From assembly GCA_034780895.1 (NCBI GenBank), contig JAUZTB010000107.1, forward strand, positions 38,465,788 to 38,529,787: a stretch of 64,000 nucleotides of DNA, written 5' to 3'. Origin of the DNA: Rhynchobatus australiae. Its lineage: Eukaryota. The translations under genes and the position numbers were made by a program. Under the pieces are notes generated by a model. It ran no database searches. It was not told the DNA's origin and saw nothing but the letters and a program-made list of their open reading frames with translations. Positions 61,601 to 64,000 of the stretch are shown piece by piece (within the stretch, counting starts at the first letter, position 1; every line of letters begins with the position of its first letter).

Positions 61601-63332
61601 TTTAAGTTAGCCTTGACACTACTAACATGGTACAGAAGAAATTTCATGGTACAAAATAAACTTAAAGACCTCTCACTAAAGATTACACGCAACAGAAAGC
61701 TGCACGTTAAAACTGAGGTAAAACAAGTAATCCAAACACGTTTTTTCATAAGAATCCATTGACATAAAAAATATCAAAATTTATGAGCAGCAGGAAATGA
61801 GAAGTATTTTCCAATTGCAAGCTTGCACTTTTTGGTGCCAGTCTATCACTTGGGAAAAACAAGCCACTCGTTTATGGTGAACAAAGTCTGTTCTACTTCT
61901 AAGGATTTGGGAACTTCTAACTATATGTTGGAAGTCACATTCCACAATTCCATTTGTTTTCTTATGCTAACAAACAACTGATGGCCTTTTGTATAGTGTA
62001 CAAAGGGAAATGCTACACCCAAACTTGCAGTTATTGGTCTTGTGTGTGTCTCCATTTGATCTCTTCAATTGTGGCTCAGCCAGCAGTAAGATCATCTCTG
62101 AACTGGAGTGCTGTGAGCTCAATTCCAGAGTGGGATAAACAAGAAAATCTTGGCTGGCAGTCATGAAGTACTGCACTGTGAGAGCCACCATCTTCCAGGA
62201 GGGAAGTTACACCAAGATTCTCTCCTAAGTGGACAAAGATCCCATGGCACTATTTCAAAAACTGGTAGGCCAGTTTTCGTTATGTCCCATCTTTTACTTA
62301 TTCCAATCATGNNNNNNNNNNGGAATCTTGCTGTGCACAAATTGCCTGCATGTTTCCTAGATTACGAACTACAGAATTCAAAAATACTCCCTTGAAAGTA
62401 AAGCATTTGGGAATGTCCTGACGTTGTAAAGGGCACTAAATAAACTCAAATCTTTTTTTCTTTCCTTTCTAATTGTTCATAATTGATTGTGATGCAAAAG
62501 CTATAATTTTCAAGTTATGCCTTATTCCAGTATTGGTGAACACTAATTAGCTTGACTTCCAATGCAATCCCAAAGCAGCTCTTCTACCATCATCTTACTT
62601 TACATTGAACTTAAGCTGAGCAGTTGTTCCTGTGATTATAAAATCCTATGGCACCACAAAGAAGAAAATGAAATTATGCTGTCCTGTTCTATATACCTCT
62701 TTCAATCAAAACTACTAAAAGAAAAGTTTGTTGATTATCTCAGCATTGCTTCAGGACCTTGCTGTTTCTACAAAACTGTCATAGTATTTTAAAGTAATAA
62801 GTTTGACATGAAGTACCTCCGAAAATTTCAGCCTGAAAAGACTTTAAGCAACTACATCTGTTTGAAAAAATTCATACCTTAACACAAAATTCATTTGAGA
62901 AATAAATTAATTTGATAAGCTTCTACATGGAGACTATGAAAAATAGGAATAAACTAGCCAGTTATTAAAATTTACCTATTAGAGAAAATTGCGGTAAAAG
63001 ACTTTGCAAAACACATCCAAATTCAAAATGGCTAATTTCCCATGCAAATAATGTATTTTTAAAGGACCCCTTTCAACAATTAAGAACTGATCAGTTGTTA
63101 AAGCTTACTGCACATGCAAGAACNNNNNNNNNNNTGCCAGGATGCCAAATGTCCTGTCTTTCTGAATCAGGTTTCGCATCATAGATACTTCTTGAGGACG
63201 AAAAAGCTGCAGGGGTAATGTTTGCCCAGGAATAAGAATAACAGCAACATGAGGGAGGATTGGGATGGTTGGACTACTCTCTTCATCATGCACAGTACGG
63301 CCATGAAACTCTTCCATGTCCATTCCCAAGTA
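49512..63332 (-). CDS. CRBN: Cereblon, exons 3-11 (5' partial): 63332-63130 or 63109, 60981-60832, 59494-59332, 58270-58208, 54248-54164, 53823-53708, 53249-53185, 50665-50534, 49695-49512
   Basis: GT-AG introns with consistent phases. Encodes the Lon-N domain, DDB1-binding helices and the CULT domain with two CxxC pairs, NPHG, HSWFPG-AW and GWKF. Confidence 0.98.
49800..50350 (+). mobile_element. Highly degraded CR1-like fragment in CRBN intron 10
   Basis: atggactttcaagaag and gcccatggaattagaggaa remnants. Confidence 0.55.
50534..50665 (-). CDS. CRBN: CRBN exon 10 ([26 protein letters not shown]...STQHSWFPG)
   Basis: Acceptor ctttaag|, donor GG|gtaatc; 132 nt. Confidence 0.97.
51060..51885 (+). 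mobile_element. Degraded CR1-like fragments in CRBN intron 9
   Basis: [10 protein letters not shown] remnant, ttggagtattg and a gaatggcaaagcatgcttgaggg tail. Confidence 0.55.
52005..52145 (-). mobile_element. Penelope-like terminal repeat fragment
   Basis: ctgttggaggaactcagcaggtcaggcagcatc...gaccctgcatctggact. Confidence 0.65.
53185..53249 (-). CDS. CRBN: CRBN exon 9 ([22 protein letters not shown])
   Basis: Hand-translated; ttacag| and AG|gtgagt; first Zn-binding CxxC. Confidence 0.96.
53708..53823 (-). CDS. CRBN: CRBN exon 8 ([39 protein letters not shown])
   Basis: Hand-translated; tttag| and |gtaagt; 116 nt. Confidence 0.97.
54164..54248 (-). CDS. CRBN: CRBN exon 7 ([28 protein letters not shown])
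   Basis: Hand-translated; tgtag| and G|gtaaga; 85 nt. Confidence 0.96.
55062..55249 (+). mobile_element. V-SINE 5' portion
   Basis: gttcaatcctgac B-box and aagtttgcacattctccctgtgaatgtgtgggtttcctc V-domain. Confidence 0.75.
56300..56490. repeat. Imperfect palindrome made of two inverted Penelope-derived termini
   Basis: Left arm aatctgctggacgaactcagc...gaggaaaggaat pairs with right arm atcctttcctc...ctgagttccgccagcagatt. Confidence 0.75.
57180..58130 (+). mobile_element. 5'-truncated CR1-like LINE in CRBN intron 6
   Basis: [10 protein letters not shown] remnant, [22 protein letters not shown] and a gggccaaaggacccgtttctgtgctgt tail. Confidence 0.88.
58208..58270 (-). CDS. CRBN: CRBN exon 6 ([21 protein letters not shown])
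   Basis: Hand-translated; tttag| and |gtgagt; 63 nt. Confidence 0.96.
59332..59494 (-). CDS. CRBN: CRBN exon 5 ([11 protein letters not shown]...KWWQKYQK)
   Basis: Acceptor tcctag|, donor AAG|gtaagt. Confidence 0.97.
60832..60981 (-). CDS. CRBN: CRBN exon 4 ([16 protein letters not shown]...[16 protein letters not shown])
   Basis: Acceptor ctcctag|, donor GG|gtaaga; 150 nt. Confidence 0.97.
62140..62462 (+). mobile_element. Deu-domain SINE (SacSINE1-like) in CRBN intron 3
   Basis: gatcccatggcactatttcaa, ggaatcttgctgtgcacaaattg and aaagcatttgggaatgtcctga...taaataaac motifs. Confidence 0.7.
63109..63332 (-). CDS. CRBN: CRBN exon 3 ([16 protein letters not shown]...[10 protein letters not shown]); 3' boundary uncertain because of an 11-N gap
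   Basis: Acceptor ttttag|TAC. The donor is either inside the gap (~63130) or CA|gtaagc at 63109; both are phase 2. Confidence 0.9.
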
Positions 63333-64000
63333 CTAAAAAGAAAAAAAAAAGTTGATGAGATATTGAATTTAAATTGTTATATACAGTACATTTTTTTCCT
63401 CCAGTGTACAGATCATAAAATTGAATGTGAAGGACATCCAGCATTACCATATTGACAAATGTTTATGCATAGTGAAAAAAATATTCTTTTGCTGTTTGAA
63501 GATAAAAAGTATGGTGATCAATTTTTGTTTAACTTCTGATGCATGAATAAGATTTACATCAGTACTATTTCTCCACATACACTCAATGCTTAATGATAGT
63601 GATGGTAAAAAGTTTGTTCACTCTGCCCGTCCAGCTGAAGTTGTGGAAGCAAAATGCAATGATACCACCACCACTCAGGATTAGATCATACACGGTGGAT
63701 GGCTTGGGTGCTGAATCTGCAGCAAATCTGGATGGCATGTTTCAGTTCTATATTAATGCATCTTTACCAAATGAATCACTGAAGTCAGATTAATGCTTTA
63801 CTTGAAATTATAAATCAAAACAATTTATTCTGTCAGCCTTTGCACAAATGCTGAAAAATTGTAACTGTTCATTATGTTATTTATGGCTCAATGCATTTAG
63901 AATTTGATAAACTACTCAGTTTATGTTTCTTTCATTTTGCTTCCAATGCAAAGATAATATTAGCATGCAAAGGTTGAAATACAACATATATAAATCCAGA

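Overview
Vertebrate nuclear DNA, AT-rich, with many N gaps. The repeats (V-SINE/HE1-like and Deu-domain SINEs, CR1-, RTE-, Rex1- and Penelope-like retroelements) point to a cartilaginous fish (inference). Two protein-coding genes can be reconstructed exon by exon. TRNT1 (CCA-adding enzyme) is complete on +: 7 coding exons, 34182-39409, 426 aa, starting in a CpG island. CRBN (cereblon) lies tail-to-tail on -, with exons 3-11 at 63332-49512 and exons 1-2 beyond the window. I recognise no gene in the first ~33 kb, which holds transposon relics and unique non-coding DNA. I found no convincing wholly new biological system. The best observations are: CRBN drug-pocket substitutions (E377Q, Y384F, V388I in human numbering); an apparent nonsense change clipping the CRBN C-terminal LCL; dual in-frame start codons in TRNT1; and a Penelope-like family whose hammerhead-ribozyme-like core repeatedly reads CUGAUGC instead of CUGAUGA. 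Repeat boundaries are approximate, and comparisons with human sequences are from memory.
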